The notes under the pieces: generated by a model
Seen by the model: only the letters and a program-made list of their open reading frames with translations
Database searches by the model: none
What the model was told of the DNA's origin: nothing
Assembly (NCBI RefSeq): GCF_006345805.1
Contig: NC_043025.1
Coordinates: 15,748,001-15,812,000, forward strand
Source: Octopus sinensis
Taxonomy: Eukaryota
DNA: 64,000 nt
Direction: 5' to 3'
Translations under genes and position numbers: made by a program
Part shown: piece by piece, positions 59,939-64,000 of the stretch
Layout of the letters: each line of letters starts with the position of its first letter
How positions within the stretch are numbered: the stretch's first letter is position 1

Positions 59939-60989
59939 GCACACACACACACACACACAGAAATGCACATATAGTCATATCTATATGCAGATATTTTTAG
60001 ATGTATGTGCATATCTATATATGTATGCATGTGTACAGATATGTGTGTGTGTCTTTCACGTCATTCGGTCATTGCTGGAGCACACACACACACTGAAATT
60101 TAAGGAGGTATAATTAGGCTGGAACATGTGTAGAGTTATCACCTATGTTTGCTGGAAACATTGAATATGTTAACACATTTAAAAGCGAGAAATTAATGAA
60201 ATGCTTTGCAGTGTATAGTTACAGCTCTTTACATTCTGAGTTCAAATCCTGCCACAGTCACTATTGAATTTTATACTTCTACTGGATTGATACTTTTGAA
60301 ATAAAATACCAGTGAAATACTAGGGGTTGATTTAAAATATTATTGATGGGAATGGAGGATCTTTACTAAATATCAGGCTTTTTTTGCAAAACAGAAAAAG
60401 ATTGAATGAAGTTGATGTAAGAGTTATGTCCCTTATATAGTAGCTGTGATGTCATCCCGTCTCGCATGCTACTTGTTACGGGTGTAGAATGAAACAGGGT
60501 ATATATATATATATATGTGTGTGTGTGTTGAGTGTTCGAAAAGGTGTACAGATATTGTATATTAAGTAAAAGGAAGCAGTCAGAATTTTGGATAATTCTT
60601 TATTAGCTTTCGTTTAACTGAACTCTTCAAGAAAATTAAAACCAAGATGTGTGTGTGTTTGATATTCATAAAAGATATATGTGTATATGAATTTAGATAT
60701 ATGTATGGACCTATCTATGGTTTTTGTATGTATATATATGTTCTATAAATGTCTATATGCATATGTATACTCTTTTACTTGTTTCAATCATTTGACTGCG
60801 GCCATGCTGGAGCACCGCCTTTAATCGAGCAACTCGACCCTGGGACTTATTCTTTTGTAAGCCCAGTACTTATTCTATCGGTTGCTTTTGCCGAACCGCT
60901 AAGTGACGGGGACATAAACACACCAGCATCGGTTGTCAAGCAATGCTAGGGGGACAAACACAGAGTTAGATATACACATATATACATAC

Positions 60990-61038
<49 letters not shown>

Positions 61039-62769
61039 ACGGGCTTCTTTCAGTTTCCGTCTACCAAATCCACTCAAAAGGCTTTGGTTGGCCTGAGGCT
61101 ATAGTAGAAGAAACTTGCCCAAGATGCCACGCAGCGGGACTGAACCCGGAACCATGTGGTTCGTAAGCAAGCTACTTACCACACAGCCACTCCTGCGCCT
61201 ATATGTATATATACAGATGTATATATATATGTGCATGTATACATGTGCATACCTATTCGTGTGTGTGTATTCACATCTTTCACTTGTGTAAGTCATTGGA
61301 CTGCAGTCATGCTTGGGTTCACACAGACACACAATGCAATGATAATTGTTAATTTATTAATTATGGCCTGTAACAATTCTTTTTTTTTAATACAAAAATA
61401 CTCGTTGAATACCAGTAATTTCAGTGGGTCTGTTGCCTTGACTTATTTTGAAGAAGAAACAAGAAAACAATTTTTTGAAAATAAAAATTCTGAAAATCTT
61501 TTGTTGTGTCTTTCTTTAGTGGTGGTCGTGGTGGTCGTGTTTTATGGTTGACAGAGCTAGCCAGGTAGAAAACTACCTGAGACGAACAAACGATTATATA
61601 TATACATATCTAAAATAATATGTGACAATTATTCGGTAGCCAAGATAAAACTCTGAGTTTCAGATGCCGAGGTGGAAATCCACAACACCATCTCTTTTGT
61701 TATCTGGTCATCTGAAAAAACGCTACGAAAAAAGACCGTTACACAAAGGGAAATTACTTATATAAAAGCGCTAATTCAAATGACCACTAATTAAAATAAG
61801 GTTAAAAGTTCATAGTAAACACGTAAGCATGCCTGCTCATACACACACATGTGCGCTTGCACACCCACGTGCGTACGTATACATCACTATGAAAACGTAC
61901 ACATCTTCACTCGCATTTTTCGCCAAATGTATATGCATATATATACAAATTCATACACACACACATGCGCACCATAAAAGTTCATACATACGCACAAGCA
62001 CAAGAAAAAACATGGTTAAGGGTAACAATACAGGGAAAAAAGCATAAGGAAGTATACAAAGAGTAAACCACGTTCATACACACACACACCCATATATGTA
62101 CATACCCACACGTTTATATATGCATACATAATATTGAGGTCTCTTTCTTTTGTTATCTTATCGTTTTTAAATAAATAATTAAATAAAATATTAAAAATAT
62201 ATATATATATTTATAAGGTTAAATTATTAATTTAAATAATTTTTTAAAATTTTAACTTTAATTTAAATATTTTAATTGGATTTTTATATTTTTTAATTAA
62301 TTTTATTTCTATGTATTGGCTTATGATTTTCACTGTTTGATTTGCCTAATAGTGGTTTTATCTCTAATTTAATTTATATTTATACCATAAAATTAGATTT
62401 AATCCTAAATCTAATTTTTCCCTGTAAGTTTGGATTTACTCCCTATTATTATTATTATTATATATATATATAAAAGTTGTCTAAACGTCCCTAAGTCAGG
62501 GAAAAGATGCACTCGTATATCTGTCAAAAACAGTGGGTATGTTATCCAAAATGTATTAAATATCCACCACAGCTGATTTTGCTAATTGGTTTCACACTAG
62601 GGATTCAACAGATGGTTAAGTAACAATCTGATTATATAACCCTATGCTCATCAGAGGTAGCTACCTCTGATGAGCATAATGTATGTATGATATCGGTACA
62701 CTTCAGATAATATGTGTGTGTGTATATTCAAGGATTGTATTTATATATGCACTGATTATGAGAGCTTAC

Positions 62770-63030
62770 TCAAAATGAGGTAAATTGAGAATGGATGATG
62801 TGATAGCTCTATACAAAATGCAGAGGTTCTGCAATGTCACACATTGCAAGATTCCCAGACAACAGGTGGACCTGTGCAGTTGCCAAGAGATTTCAAAAAG
62901 GCCCCTATGATGATGAGAAGATGATTTAGTGAAGCAATTTGGCTCAAGATGGAAAAGAATGGCACAATCAAGACAGAATTGGGAGTACGTTGTGATCAGT
63001 GGTGTAGAACGGCCCCTGATGGCCTGGTTG
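62770..63030 (+). mobile_element. RTE-clade C-terminal remnant
   Basis: HIARFPDNRWT...DDLVKQFGSRWKRMAQSRQNW. Confidence 0.6.
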
Positions 63031-63258
63031 ATGCTGCAATACAGAACCCTTTATCTCATACTGCTCTGTGACACCTGTCATGTGGCACACCGTGTATCAT
63101 TACAAGCAGTGTCAATTTGATGGAGGGAGTGAGCTAATACAGTTGGTCCCTAGAAACATCATTTGTGCAGGTTGTGGGACCTTCTTCTGCTGTATACAAT
63201 AGGAGAGTCTCTGATATATTGTAGAAATGTCTGCTTATATACGCGTGTGTGTGTGTGT

Positions 63259-63499
63259 AAGGCGGCGAGCTTGCAGAATCGTTAGCATGCCGGACAAAAT
63301 ACCGAAATACTCAGCAGTATTTCGTCTGCCGTTACGTTCTGAGTTCAAATTCTGCAGAGGTCGACTTTGCCTTTCATCCTTTCGGGGTCGATAAATTAAG
63401 TACCAGTTTAACACTGGGGTCGATGTAATCGACTTAATCCGTTTGTCTGTCCTTGTTTGTCCCCTCTGTGTTTAGCCCCTTGTGGGTAGTAAAGAAATA
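63259..63499 (+). mobile_element. SINE family B; other copies at about 612-826, 16010-16218, 16672-16863 (-) and 25972-26204, 28384-28617 (+)
   Basis: Head aaggcggcgagctggcag, B-box-like gagttcaaattc, core gcctttcatcctttcggggtcgataaattaagtaccag resembling the Meta-type SINE domain (recollection, to be checked). Confidence 0.85.
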
Positions 63500-64000
63500 T
63501 ATACACGTGTGTTTTGTTGATGGTAATGCTGTTTCTATGGTTACAGTAGTGCTGATGATGGTGGTAGTGGTGGTGACGTTAGGTTCTGAGTTCAAATTCC
63601 ACCAAAGTCGACTTTGCCTTTCATCCTTTTCAAGATCAATAAAATAAGTGCCAGCTATGCACTGGGGTCAATGTAAATGACTTGCCCCCTCTCCCAAAAC
63701 TTCAGGCTTTGTGCCTGCAGTAAGAAAGGATTATTATTATGATTACTATCTCTCAAAACGCTAAGGCCAAATGTGTTATACTGTCATGTGACTAGTTGAA
63801 GGAAAAGGCAAAGAGCAAGAGAGAAAGTTCTGAGTTCAAATTCTGCTAAGGACTTTGCCTTCTATTTTCTCAGGGTCAAAGTACCAGATGAGCATTGACT
63901 TACCCCTGCCCCCCAAAATAGAAAGGGCTGCTGTTGTTGTTGTTGTTAATAATACTAAGGCAGAATTGTTGGCAAGTGGGATGAGGTGCTTGGTGGCATT

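Overview
Eukaryotic, AT-rich, microsatellite- and SINE-dense DNA; the repeat families look like Octopus (inference). Two intron-rich genes lie head-to-head, each reconstructed by hand with GT-AG boundaries and consistent codon phases. (1) Minus strand: 15 coding exons (32052 down to 2707; 1470 nt = 490 codons, no stop yet, so the gene runs off the left edge) encoding a class-V PLP enzyme of SufS/CsdA-like type (DYVASG, EHHSN, DYAT, SPHK, EEGGTP, RGGCACAGPY). (2) Plus strand: ADCK1, 7 coding exons (41279-56809, 506 aa). The introns hold tRNA-derived SINEs, CR1/L2-, RTE- and R4/Dong-like LINE ends, mariner remnants, MITEs, a probable solo LTR and two giant triplet arrays. Most ORFs in the supplied track are repeat artefacts. 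The most notable hidden signal is about a dozen type I hammerhead-ribozyme motifs (one with every core position intact, several near-intact, half-motifs and variants). Many have palindromic stem III loops and sit in (TA)n-flanked fold-back elements typical of Penelope-like retroelements or retrozymes. In at least two of these the fold-back pivots exactly on the ribozyme stem II hairpin.
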